Source: Perkinsus olseni (Eukaryota). Taken from it: a DNA stretch of 41,882 bases. The stretch spans positions 1-41,882 of the forward strand of contig JABANN010000293.1 in the NCBI GenBank assembly GCA_013115125.1. The letters are read 5' to 3'. The notes under the pieces were generated by a model, which was given only the letters and a program-made list of their open reading frames with translations, made no database searches and was not told where the DNA came from. Positions within the stretch are counted from its first letter, which is position 1. Each line of letters opens with the position of its first letter. Below, piece after piece: positions 31,058 through 41,882 of this stretch. The position numbers and the translations under genes are program-made.

Positions 31058-32409
31058 CTACGCCTCGGCGAGGGTTTCGGTATCGCTGACATCATACCAC
31101 TTGTGAAAGTGCCATCCACCGTAGTATCTGCGAGAAGGTGGAAATAAAACCAGGTAAGCTTTCCGGTGCAGTCCCCTAGACCTACTTCACCATCATGATC
31201 ATAACGCCGATATAGCTGATGAAGGATACAAGAAGGTAGGTAGCAGATCCCAACACTCGCCACTGAGCCGCACCGTACCAAGGGGAGCCGTACTCTCGGA
31301 AAAAGTCCGTGAAGCCTGAAATGACAATTCAACGACCCATCGTCGTCATAGAGGAGAGAGGCTGAAAGGCTCTGCTTACTTTGGAAGCACCCACAAAGTA
31401 CCGCAGAGGGATGAACCGCCGCTAAGCCAAAGCCGAGGCTCTCATTAACACATGCCTCGCATTTGCCAGATGGACGCTTCAACTTCCCGTGTAGTAGCCC
31501 TGTGCTGCCACAAACTTCATTGAGAGACTTTTCGACCATCGCCGCGTCGACTTGGCCAGTGGACCCAGCCTTGACCGCCGACGTGCAAGATATCTACGAG
31601 AGCAATTACTGAAAGGTCGAAGGGTAAGACACTACTCACGTCTTGCCCGAGTGAGACGTCGCCCGAGCAGGCGGAATTGAGGACATTGCCGGTACCAAGT
31701 TGGCAGGCAAATTCATTCCACATGCAATTGAACTCCTTAGCGGAAGCACCGGGGTCCTTGAAAGTGAAGGAAGGGTTGGCGTCCATGTAGTCGCTAAGCT
31801 CAACTTGCTTGAAGGTAACTGACCGAGGGGCAGAAGGCTTCCGAGTGGCGGCGGATCGGCATCTCGGCTTACAAAGATTGTCGAGAGCAACGCCTGTGCC
31901 GAACATAAGGCAGAAGGTGGCAACTTGGGCCACGAACGATAGAAGCGCGAAAAACAAGAAAAGCGTTTTCCAAGTGTTGTAGCTGGACTTAACCGCCTTG
32001 GTGAAGATCCCTGAACACCAAGGGGGAATCGGCCGAATGAGACACGATCATGCTCACCAAGAGACACTATTGCTAGGCCTGCGGCGATCCACGAGCATAT
32101 CTGGACGGCCAGTATGCGAACGCTGTCTGCTGATGCGCCGAATTCCTAAAAAAAGCTCTTTCGAGTCGGGAATATCTTGAGATGGAGAGATATCGAGGAA
32201 GATGAGGCGTCAGAGGAGGTAAAGGTGGTCTTCTCGCCTTCAATTCACTGGAAGTTGCACCAGATAGGGGATGGGTAATCGAGAGGATCGCATTGGAAAT
32301 GTTGATGGCGATGCCGAGCAGCAGTGATGTGACCTGATGATGGTACGCTTAGTGATGGCGCTACTCCGTTACTTGGAACAATAGCACGACAAACGGACGG
32401 ATATGCCAT
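31058..32409 (-). CDS. Four-TM tetraspanin-like membrane protein with large Cys-rich loop, multi-exon
   Basis: Three N-terminal hydrophobic helices (LLLGIAINISNAIL; QICSWIAAGLAIVSL; LFFALLSFVAQVATFCLMF), a Cys-rich loop, then CGCFQ|SFTDFFREY before TM4 (YLLVSFISYIGVMIMMV). No CCG motif. Confidence 0.5.
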
Positions 32410-33104
32410 CAGCCAGTTCGAGTTTTCGACCCGGCTACCAGAAGTCGTTACGGTACGCGTTCGTAAAGGACTTTACACGAATTCCGATGTTCCGGGAAAT
32501 GCGGCGATAGTTGACTAGCTGTGCTTGAAAGAGTACTACCATCATCCATCCGACAACGCCTTGAAGCCAGCACCGGCTGTGAAGGTCGGGGGCATCGGCC
32601 AGCTTAAGGCTGGCTGTATCCATTGCGGGAAAAGAGGCCTATTGTAACCTAGCGGCTGATCGTGATTGCGCCAGCTCCAACCGAGTTGAGGAACTGCAAG
32701 ATTGCAAGAATCAATTACTCGATGTGTCGCGCGCCACGAAATTCCCTGGAACGCTAACTTTACTGTGTCGAATGAGAAACAGCATCCATCGCTGAGCTAG
32801 CACAGCTCCCCGAATACTAGCAGTGCACGGACGGTGACGAGAGGGCTTCTCCTAGCGATCAGTGGTCTTGACAGGTCATCAGAAGTGGTGCGTTCTTTCA
32901 CAGCCATCGAGGTTGTTGACGCTGGCTATGCTGTTAGCTGAGGAAGACGTTCCTTGGGGAAGTTTTGACAAAGGGATTTGCTAGTCCAGTGCGGATCTTC
33001 GCCTTGCCAAGCCGAGGCGCGTCGTGGAAGTTACGTTACCTCGGAGGAAGTGCAAATTGGGGAGCTTCACAAATTCCGTCCTGTGTAGTTTTGGTCTTAT
33101 CAAC
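32410..33104. promoter_or_regulatory. Divergent strand-switch region between the minus-strand and plus-strand gene blocks
   Basis: All credible genes from 4.5-32.4 kb are minus and all from 33.1 kb on are plus. Promoter function is inferred only. Confidence 0.4.
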
Positions 33105-34412
33105 ATGTTGTCATCTTCGGTGGGTATTCGCACGAGCCAACTGGCCCCTATGGGAGTCAGGTTCTTCGCCAGCAAGGCTCCCAAGCTGGTCCTCACTCTC
33201 AACTGCGGTTCCAGCTCTATCAAGTACCAACTTCTTGATATGAACTCCGAGGACTGCAAAGTGAAGGGCCTCATCGATTCCATTGGTACCGAGAACTGCA
33301 AGCTTCGCTTTGACGCCGAGAGCCCGAACGAGAGAGTTGAGCAGATCCCCAACATGTCCTATGAGGACGCCATGACCTCCGTTATCGAGGATATCAAGTC
33401 GAAGCCCGAGGTCAAGGACGAGGGCATCACTGGTGTCGGCCATCGTGTCGTTCATGGTGGTCCGAAGCTCACTAAGCCCACTCTTGTTACCCCTGAGGTC
33501 CTGCAGGAGATCAAGAATTGCATCAAGCTCGCTCCTCTTCACAACCCTGCCAACGCTGAGGGTATCGAAATCGCTGCTAAGATCCTCGGCCCCGACGTCC
33601 CTCATGTCGCTTGCTTCGATACTGCCTTCCATTCAACTATCCCGGAGTACGCCAACACCTACGCCATCCCGTACGACATCTCCAAGAAGCTTCAGTTGAA
33701 GAAGTACGGTTTCCATGGCATTTCCCATCAGTTCGTGTCGCTGAAGGCCGCCCAGCAGCTTCATCTCGATCCTAGCCGCTCCAACTTCATTGTTGCCCAT
33801 CTCGGTAGTGGCTGCAGTGCTACTGCCGTTCACAACGGCAAGTCCGTCGATACTACCATGGGAATGACTCCCATGGACGGTCTCGTCATGGGCACTCGCG
33901 CCGGCAACATCGACCCCGGTGTAGAGCAGTATCTCTGCGAGCAGCTCAACCTCTCCATTGAGGAGGTCACCAACATCCTCAACAAGAAGTCTGGTCTTCT
34001 CGGAGTCAGTGGCATCTCCAACGATATGCGTGTGCTCATCGAGACTTCTGAGGATGAGTCCGCTGATCCTGAGACCCGTCGTCGCGCTCAGTTGGCTATT
34101 GATATGTTCGTCTATCGCCTTAGTCGTTACATCGCTTCATTGATGGTCTCTGCCAGTTCCCGTCTGGATGCCTTGGTCTTCACTGGTGGCATTGGTGAGA
34201 ACTCTGCCTTCATCCGTTCTCGTGTGATGCAGTCTCTCAAGTTCATGAGGTTCTTCGAGAACCCCAAGTACAACGCTGTCAACGGTGCCAACACCAACGG
34301 TATCATCACTGAGCTCGACAGCCCCACTCTCGGTATGGTTATTCAGACCAACGAAGAGCTCCAGATCGCCAGAGAGGTGTTGCAGGTTCTCAAGGCCGTT
34401 ACGAAGAACTAA
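33105..34412 (+). CDS. ackA: Acetate kinase with N-terminal mitochondrial-type presequence, intronless
   Basis: LTLNCGSSSIKYQL, GVGHRVVHGG, LAPLHNP, FDTAFH, KYGFHGISH, HLGSGCS, DTTMGMTPMDGLVMGTRAG, FTGGIGENS, TNEEL. ATG 33105 follows an AG at 33087-33088. Strong C/T-ending codon bias. Confidence 0.97.
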   Translation: MLSSSVGIRTSQLAPMGVRFFASKAPKLVLTLNCGSSSIKYQLLDMNSEDCKVKGLIDSIGTENCKLRFDAESPNERVEQIPNMSYEDAMTSVIEDIKSKPEVKDEGITGVGHRVVHGGPKLTKPTLVTPEVLQEIKNCIKLAPLHNPANAEGIEIAAKILGPDVPHVACFDTAFHSTIPEYANTYAIPYDISKKLQLKKYGFHGISHQFVSLKAAQQLHLDPSRSNFIVAHLGSGCSATAVHNGKSVDTTMGMTPMDGLVMGTRAGNIDPGVEQYLCEQLNLSIEEVTNILNKKSGLLGVSGISNDMRVLIETSEDESADPETRRRAQLAIDMFVYRLSRYIASLMVSASSRLDALVFTGGIGENSAFIRSRVMQSLKFMRFFENPKYNAVNGANTNGIITELDSPTLGMVIQTNEELQIAREVLQVLKAVTKN

Positions 34413-35234
34413 ATCTGACGGGCTTCTTTACCATTTCGCTGCCTTGAGAATTTTCTTCACTAGGTTGCATACTTGGCAATTCCAGTTCTCACAGCTCCGC
34501 ATCTGATGGGGGTGAGAGTGGCCGTATGGTGGTTCACTAGTTGTGCAGCATCGTCCTATATAGAATTGTGCGATCAGTGCCTATTGTTCAGTTTCACCGA
34601 TTCTGGTTTTGCAGTGTTGGAGTAAATGAAAGGGCGGTTCGCATATCGGTGCTTCTCCTTCAGTCGGACAGTCAAGTATACTCTATGTGGTGGGTGGATT
34701 TGAAGGGCTAATGATCTACCCTTCGTGTTTGACAACGGGTTAATAGCTCTTCGTGAGCTGTAGACTTGGATGAGATTCCCTCACGGAAGTTTGTTTGAAT
34801 TCCTCATTGCTTTACGGGGCTTGATGGTCCTTACGCCCCGACTTCACAGTAACAAGGTGTGCTGCTCTCCTCATTGCGTGGCACTAGTATCTCGGCGACT
34901 TGTCTGCGGTAGAGTCGCGGAGCGCCAGACTCGGGTAGGGTTGGAATTGTCTTGTTATTGCATTGGAGATCCCCACCCAGTTACAGCGAGTGTTCGGCTT
35001 TTAGGCGCCACCTGATTCTGTGGTGTCTGCTGCGAACGGCAACCGAGTGCCCGAAGCCAGAGGGCCGAAATTCACTAAGTTTTCTAACAGAGTTGGTGTG
35101 GAAGAGTTCATCGACCCGCTTCATATTGGAGGGGTCATGAAGGCTCGGGTAATGTAAAATCCCCTCGGATCATGAAGGCAGCGAGAACGTCTCTCTTTGT
35201 GTAGTTTATTGACTGGGAGGTGAGAGAAGTTGGT

Positions 35235-38037
35235 ATGGACGGCAGAGTCGCCAGGATGTCGGAGGATGAGGCACCGGAATGGTGGGGTGCTTCGGAACCG
35301 GCTGAGAAGGAATCAGTGGGGACGGAATCTCGAGAAGCTAACGCCTACCATTGTGGGAATGACGGTGTTGATCAAACCGAGTTGTATCGGAGGGCTTACG
35401 AGGACGGGTCATATCCTTTACGATGCGGGGCTCATGGGACGGGCAGTTTCAGATACCTGCTTGGAGATAATGCTGCAGAGTTCGTCCGAGGAAGATGCGG
35501 GACTGGGGCCCTCGAGAATATAGTCAAATTCAGCAACTTCACACAAAAGGTCGTGTCGGGGTAGCGATGCTGGCGATAGTCTGGCGTCCTGTTCTCGAAA
35601 CTGTAGAAATCGGCCCGGTCAGGGTGCTGTTCTGGCGCTCGGGGATGCAGTATCAGAGAATATTTGGAAGGCTTATCCTCAGGCTACGAAAGAGTCTGGT
35701 AGCGCAGATCATCGGCGTCGGCTATTCGAGTGGAAGTTTGACGGTGGTTTGGAGGCCATGGCTGCTGCATACAAAATACGCGGTGCAATCGCTGGCTTGC
35801 TGAGAGAGGTAGTTATCGTCAGTGGTGGTTGAGGGGACAGCGAGGTGCTTCAGTCGCTAGCAGTGGTTCCGTTCAAGCTGCTATCGGATAAGGTCATCTA
35901 CTATGCCGCTGTGAATGCCGAGAGAAATCAATTTCTTCTGAGCTGTATGGATCAGTGGGAGGCGGCTCGAGTCCTCTACTTTTTTGGTGCCGGGTAGCGT
36001 TGTTCTGGAATGCCCACAGTGTATTGCAGCCGCTGTCTCCGTCAGGTACTCATCGGAAACGCTGTTGGTGCATCTGCCGAGGTTGAACGCACGAAGCGAG
36101 GGACGACAGCTCGTGGCAAAGTTGAGGAGAGAGTTCTCGTCTTACTTCCCGGATATGCGGGTTGACATTCACGAACAGGAAACTGAATCGAGTGTAATAG
36201 CTTCCAGTCTGGCCGCGGGGTAAAGGCTACGTGTTGGTAGGGAGCAGTGGTGGAGCTCAGCTGGTCGAGAAAATACTCGCCCGTCGGACTGTACAAGGGA
36301 AGTCGGTGGAAGTTTGTTCTGGTCAAGGCTGGATGGGATACGACAGCGATACAGCGAGCCATCGAGCGGAGACTCGACCTTCCGAAAGATACCATGCACT
36401 TTGCGGGTGTTAAGGACAAGTTCGGAGTTACCTATCAGTAGACAGGGGCTTCGATCCGGGCGACCATCTCGGCTTGAGCGTGTAAGTGCAGGTTCGCCAC
36501 TCTGCCCGTCACACATAGTGAGCGGCAGTTACGGGAAGCCGTGGACAGCATCAATGCGAGGATGCGGAGCAGAGACATGTTCGTCAAAGTGAGCGGTTTT
36601 AAAAGAGACGATGTCGAAGGGAGTACGACAGAGCTGCGTCACGGCATGCTCTCTGGGTGAGTATCATTCCTGGTGAGTGGTACTCAAGGCGTAGTACAGG
36701 AACTTCTTCCGGCTGCGAGTTCGAGATGTCGAGGAAGGGTCTGCTGAGAAGCTCCGGGCCTCGAAGTTAGCGGAGACCGGCTTCATCAACTACTATGGTT
36801 TGCAAAGGTTTGGCATTAATCCCCATCACGACGAGTCTCGGCACAGCAATGTAGTAAACTTGGCTGCCTTTTTCGCCACCTGTGCTATAAGGTCGACATT
36901 GGGGCTGCCTTGGTGTCGGGCGATTACGAGAGGGCTGCAAGGCTCATACTCACTCCCGCAGCCAGTGATGGAAGAGATGTTGCCGAGGTACAACCCTCAG
37001 CACTTCGGCGCTAGGCCTCGACTGATGGAGATACAGGTCCTCCGGGAGTGGCAGGTCACCGGAGACTCGTCTGTGGCTGTTGGGGAACTCCAGAAGATCC
37101 GTTCACGAGACCGAGACGTTGAGATGTAGGAACACCCGAGAAGGCTGTCAGACATCAATGGTGACAGGTGGTCGAGAATGATGAGTGCGATTGCTACGCA
37201 GCCTGCTGCTGACGGTTACAGACGATCCCTTCGAACAGGAGTACCGCGAAGCATACTACAGATACACTTCTTGGCGTATCAGTCCTGTATTTGGAACCGG
37301 ATGGCCTCCAGGTATACTCTGTTGTAGCAATGGGAGCTTCTGCTTCATGCTAGTTCAGGAGGATTCGAGAATGTGGCCTGGAGGTTGTCCCGGGTGATGT
37401 CGTTTGGTGCAAGGACAAGGGGGACATCACCGTCGTTGATTCTTCGAGGGAGCGGTAGCGTCTTCTTCTCAAAATCTCACGAGGCCCTTATCGCGTAGGT
37501 ACAGTATAGATGACGTCCTAGTTCCTACATGGGGCAGCCAGTTGGAGGGTAAAGACAAGCTACTGAAGCTGGGCATCAACACTCGGCACGTGTGAGAGCC
37601 GGTGAAGGTTTCGCTTGGAGACTGGGCAGCTCGGGCGTGGCCTTAGATACGCGGAGCTTCTCAAGGATTCGGTTTCTCGTGGTGAAGCGTCGGATAGAAT
37701 CCTGCGAGAGGATCTCGATATTGACTTTTCTCGCAGTCTGGGCGTTCGGGCGCGACTGCCGAGTATCCCTAGACGGCTGGTAGCGAAACCACAGGGACTT
37801 GAGTGCTGGGATGAGGTAGAGGAAGAGAAGCGGAATCTGATGCTAGAGGTAGATCTCCTGGACTCGAGAAGGGTTGCGGTTTGCTCTTGATGATATCACG
37901 CTTATCGGATCGTATTTTTCAAACTCGTGTGGGGGCGCATTCAATAGTTCCTGTGCCCTCAGTTCTTCTTACCCCGGGGATGCTACGCGACGATGCTGCT
38001 ACGTGAGATCATGGAGGAGGGGTATGCCCCATGCTGA
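35235..38037 (+). CDS. TruD/Pus7-family pseudouridine synthase with long N-terminal extension, many exons
   Basis: FVLVKAGWDTT..FAGVKDKFGVTYQ (catalytic Asp present), LRHGMLSG|NFFRL, GFINYYG..QRFG, RRLVAKP, FLPRGCYATMLLREIM. Stop at 38037; 5' exons uncertain. Confidence 0.85.
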
Positions 38038-38335
38038 TCGGCCCCTTTCTCATTCAAGTGTTTTCGACTGCCCTCGATCGTAGGGCATCTCCATATCTGA
38101 GCATCTTTCGGTCATCCGTTTCTTCTCTAATCTGCTGTTGTTGCGGCTTGGTAGGTGGACGGGCTTTGGGGCAAGCGGTTAATCTACGTCGTGAACTCGT
38201 TCGTGTGGTTATCGAAGGATTTCTCGTGGCGATTGGTGTCATTTATTCTACATGATACCCGCCTTTCGTAACGAGAGTCTCACTGTTCTATGGCCTTCAG
38301 TGCAGAATTGCAGTCAGTCTAAGGTTTTGGTCGGA

Positions 38336-38445
38336 ACTTGAGGGCTAGCGAGAGTGCCTGCACACGGCTAGGGACTTGAGGGTTGGCGAGAGTGCCTGCA
38401 CACGGCTAGGGACTTGAGGGTTGGCGAGAGTGCCTGCACACGGCT
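38336..38445. repeat. 38-bp minisatellite, ~2.9 copies
   Basis: Unit ACTTGAGGGTTGGCGAGAGTGCCTGCACACGGCTAGGG starting at 38336, 38374 and 38412, with no spacers. Confidence 0.93.
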
Positions 38446-39170
38446 GGTAGTCCAACTAGTATTCGTAACTCGACTCCGCCTGAGATCACTGCCATCGTTT
38501 TGAATCCGTGTAGTGTCCCAAGCGTCTGCACGATGGACCTGAGACTGACAGCTGGAGAGGTATGGGCTTCTTGACGAGTCCAGCGGGGTATGTGAGGCCA
38601 CAGAATCTCATCAGCTGCGTCTTGCCCATGGCACGTTCTGATTGAGAAGTAATGGGCTCGCCGGATCCGTAATGGCCACCACGTATGCCTTTGGCCTTCC
38701 AGCATCGTCTCAGTCGGTGATAAAGATTCTGCATCGTTGAAGTTAAGGATCCGGTTTGACTGCAGATTTGACGACACTGATAATCATCGGACTCTCGAAT
38801 CGCCGTTGCGCTAGCCATATCTCTCTTACCTGACCTTGAGTCACTATGGGGAGAGGCTTTTCCTGAGATAAGTGGAGCGTGCTGGACGGCCGCACAAGGC
38901 GAGCGAAGTTCCGCCCTATATTTCAGTGTCTCCTTTACCTTCTCTCTGGGAAAAAGAGGCCTAAGTCTTCACGTATCATTCTCTTAATGAAGAGGTACAT
39001 TGCCTCAGCTCAAGCGAACGCATCGCATGGTAGCGGGCCATCGGAATAACGCTCGGCCTGTCGATCTAGGATCCGTTGACGCCCAGTCGCTGGTGTGACG
39101 CCGTGCAGCTGTGGTGACGCCTGTGCGCGCGGTGCTATTCACCCCCTCACACATTTGCTTTCCCTTAGAC

Positions 39171-39833
39171 ATGAGCCAACTCGTCTACGAGTATGATCCA
39201 TCGGATACTCCCTCAGGCTTTCTGCGATGGTCAAACCCGACCACGAGGAAGCCCTCGAGGGCACGGGGGCTCCTGCAAAGTCTAAAAGCTGCGAGTGTAA
39301 CGTTCACCGCGCGGGATGTGCTTACAGTGGCTCTCGTGTCTGCCTTGGTGTCGGTCTTTTTCATCTGGTACAGTTGGACTCTCCTGACCATTTCATACCG
39401 CCTCTCCTCGGTCTTGGATATCACAATCCAGAGGGTGAGCATGAAGCAGGTTTGGTGTGGTATGATAACGCTCGAGAGGGATACGAACTACTGCGCACGA
39501 GGGACCATAGACTTGCGCATCCGAAACGGACTATTGACTGACCTCACCATCTTTAGCGCTGAGCTCGCGACGTCTACCCAGTCCATGTCTGGTGCCAATC
39601 ATCTCGTCGCTGGTTTCTTGCAAATCGGTGGTGTCGTCGTGAGGAGGATGAGCGATGGTGTCTACACCTTACCGGTAAGTCTTTCATCATTGACGCATGA
39701 AGACCTCTGGCACCCCAACGTCAGCCGTTGCGATGCCCAGTTAGACCTGAATGCGCTGGGGTACCACTTCGACCGGCTCGATTATGGTATCCTACAGGTG
39801 CCTAACTTTACTATTCCTCTTTCGTTATTCTGA
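39171..39833 (+). CDS. Single-pass membrane protein (220 aa), possibly LEA_2/WHy-like beta domain, paralog 1
   Basis: ATG follows a pyrimidine tract plus AG. One TM, then a beta-rich region (GTIDLRIRNGLLTDLTI). Colinear with 41040-41702. Confidence 0.75.
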   Translation: MSQLVYEYDPSDTPSGFLRWSNPTTRKPSRARGLLQSLKAASVTFTARDVLTVALVSALVSVFFIWYSWTLLTISYRLSSVLDITIQRVSMKQVWCGMITLERDTNYCARGTIDLRIRNGLLTDLTIFSAELATSTQSMSGANHLVAGFLQIGGVVVRRMSDGVYTLPVSLSSLTHEDLWHPNVSRCDAQLDLNALGYHFDRLDYGILQVPNFTIPLSLF

Positions 39834-41039
39834 GTGGGCCAAGATCGCGGCATTCAACCATGGCGATGTCGAGATGTCGAATTCCACCACTCGTATGATC
39901 GTGGCTCCAAGGAGAGCCCAGGGTGATCTCGAGGCGGTCGCTTTCCGGCGAGACTTCGTATCAGGAGACATCTCGTCTGGTTGCAGTCCTTTGCACTGTT
40001 ACCTTATCCCCCGTTCAGCGAACATCTGTCGGTATTTTCACTAACTTCCCACGTAACCTGCGCTTTTGCGTTGTAGTTGGACACGTAGTAGCGGTTCATT
40101 CTTCTACCGTATTGAGAGCTTCAGTACTGTGGACGCGAGGGTTGTGATTTCTGGCAAGGGCAATAGTGAGAGTGTGTTACGCACCCACACAGACGGCCGG
40201 GCTGCTGTAAAAGGTGTTTCAGCGTGCTGTGGGTCATCTCGCAGGCGTGCTTCTCGCTAACGAGCTAGAATTTGGCGAGAAACATTCCCTCGAAATCGTC
40301 CACACAGTCCACAGATCCTTCTGTCTGGATCAGGCCCCCCTTCTCGATTTCTATCGGGTTCCTCGCCTGAGTCATTCGTTACGGCCACGGTGTTATACCG
40401 AAGATCTGAGGCTTTCAATGAACCCCTATAGCTGCTCTCGCTGTTGACCCTGGGCCTCTCGCTATCTAAGATCATGGGATACGATTCACCGTACGTTGAA
40501 GACTCGCGACTTCTTTAGGAATTCCAAGGTTGTCGAGCAATCAGTTCGTGGCCTCACGACCTGTCCTACTTGGAAGGGCCGGCCTTCGGAATGTCGGACT
40601 GCTGATGGCTTGGGACGAGCGCTGTGTTCTTCTATTCTTGCGGGTCAGTGCCAGGGGTAGCCGCGTGAGGTATGACGAGGACTCACGACCTTGCCTCTTG
40701 AAAAGGGCTTGAATTTTCTTAAGTCGTGGTGATGGGCTCAGCATCGTTTACTTGAGGTCTGAGATGCGCTCGTTGATTCGGAGAGCCTCGGGCGTTCCTC
40801 TGCTGGCGCATTGGGCTCGTGTTCCTCGTGGATCGCCGTGATTCTGTCTGTTAATTCATCAACTTGCCGAGCCCGTCGAAGACGCCTTCTCATTTCGGAA
40901 TGTGCTCTGCAATATATCGGGCGCAGGCCATTTCGGCCCAGGACCTGGTGACACGGCGACGCAGCGGTGACGCGGTGGTGACACCAAGTAGGTCCACGTG
41001 CTCCGCTCGAGCATGCTCCCCAGCTACTACGCCTTGGAT

Positions 41040-41702
41040 ATGAAGAACTCCGTTCATGAGTACGATCCATCGGATACACCTTCCGGCTTCTTGCGATGGT
41101 CGAGGCCCGCGGTTAAGAGGCGCTCGCACTTTCAGAATCTACTGGAATGCCTCAAAGCCTCGCGTGGGAAGAATGCTCTGCGCCATATGGCGGCAGTGGC
41201 CCTTCTATTTGGACTTTTATTGGCCTTCATACTGTGGTACATTTGGACTCTTCTGGTGATCACATACCACCCATCTTCGGTCCTGGAAATTGTGGTCGAG
41301 AAGGTCAGCATGAATCAGGTTTGGTGTGGTTCAGTCACTCTTGAGTCTAAGATGACGTATTGCTCAGCGGGGACCATGGACTTGAGGATTCGGAACAGAC
41401 TGTGGGTAGACCTGGCTATCGTGAGGGCTGACGTATCGCCGTTCGGCGTATGCAATTCTCGGAACAACCCTCTGAGTGCTGGTTTCTTGCAAGTTGGTGG
41501 CACTCTCCTTAAGGCGATGAGCGATGATGTCTATACCTTACCGGTGAGTCTTACATCATTGATTCCCGAAGACCGTTGGCGCCCTAGCGTTTGCAACTGT
41601 GAGTTGCGCCTGGACGTCGATACGGTGGGAGGCCGCTCTAATGACGTCGAGTATGGTTTCCTTCGAGTTCCTAACTTCACTATTCCTCGCCTGATATCAT
41701 GA
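41040..41702 (+). CDS. Single-pass membrane protein (220 aa), paralog 2
   Basis: Same 663-nt length. Shares EYDPSDTPSGFLRWS, QVWCG, DLRIRN, AGFLQ, MSDxVYTLPVSL and VPNFTIP with paralog 1. Confidence 0.75.
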   Translation: MKNSVHEYDPSDTPSGFLRWSRPAVKRRSHFQNLLECLKASRGKNALRHMAAVALLFGLLLAFILWYIWTLLVITYHPSSVLEIVVEKVSMNQVWCGSVTLESKMTYCSAGTMDLRIRNRLWVDLAIVRADVSPFGVCNSRNNPLSAGFLQVGGTLLKAMSDDVYTLPVSLTSLIPEDRWRPSVCNCELRLDVDTVGGRSNDVEYGFLRVPNFTIPRLIS

Positions 41703-41882
41703 GGGGCTCTAGGTCGCTGCATTGGATTGCTGAGGAATTAGTAGGGACCGTGCCTTTCCTGCACTTTTTATATATATTTTCCACTCGTACATCGGGCGAA
41801 ACCTTCTGCACTATACCATTCAGAAATCTATTTGGCGGATAAGGCCGCCTATTTGGGGGTCGAGGATTTCACGTTAGCGTTT

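Noticed and set aside
33024-33104. Longer N-terminus of acetate kinase given by the ORF track
   Set aside because: It starts at GTG upstream of a likely AG acceptor; ATG 33105 gives a coherent presequence.
32900-33104. Relict spliced-leader sequence upstream of intronless genes
   Set aside because: No CCGTAGCCATYTTGGCTCAAG-like match seen by eye here or before Piezo or the myosin-like gene, so retroposition lacks direct support.
33105-34412. Bacterial contamination or a prokaryotic island
   Set aside because: It is flanked by intron-containing genes, has a presequence and has no pta operon context.
38336-38445. CRISPR-like repeat
   Set aside because: Units are contiguous with no unique spacers, there are no cas genes and the context is eukaryotic.
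38406-38818. Minus-strand ORFs of 110-123 aa
   Set aside because: No motifs, overlapping frames and running into the minisatellite; cannot be supported as genes.
39840-41030. Short ORFs between the tandem paralogs
   Set aside because: No recognisable domain or consistent splice model.

Overview
Eukaryotic protist genomic DNA with short GT-AG introns, very short intergenic gaps and pyrimidine-rich AG sites just upstream of ATGs. This is most consistent with an alveolate such as Perkinsus (inference from gene style, no database check). Positions 1-4600 are accessory DNA: a 794-bp TA-flanked foldback MITE with 338-bp TIRs, decayed retroelement-like fragments and a small secreted Cys-rich protein gene. 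About 4.5-32.4 kb is a single minus-strand gene block. It holds a GT92-like glycosyltransferase, a myosin-derived protein with an apparently dead motor plus IQ neck and RCC1 tail, six consecutive RNA-modification genes (Pus3, an RluB-like protein lacking the catalytic Asp, four SpoU paralogs with differing active-site lesions), two RING-CH paralogs (one fused to DUF179), an intronless Piezo, a possible truncated mitochondrial uS13 and a tetraspanin-like gene. After a divergent strand switch come a presequence-bearing acetate kinase, a TruD/Pus7 synthase, a 38-bp minisatellite and two tandem single-TM paralogs. Spliced models were assembled by hand, so exon boundaries are approximate. The best candidates for new biology are the RNA-modification/mitoribosome-assembly array with complementary pseudo-enzymes and the MyoH-like pseudo-myosin.
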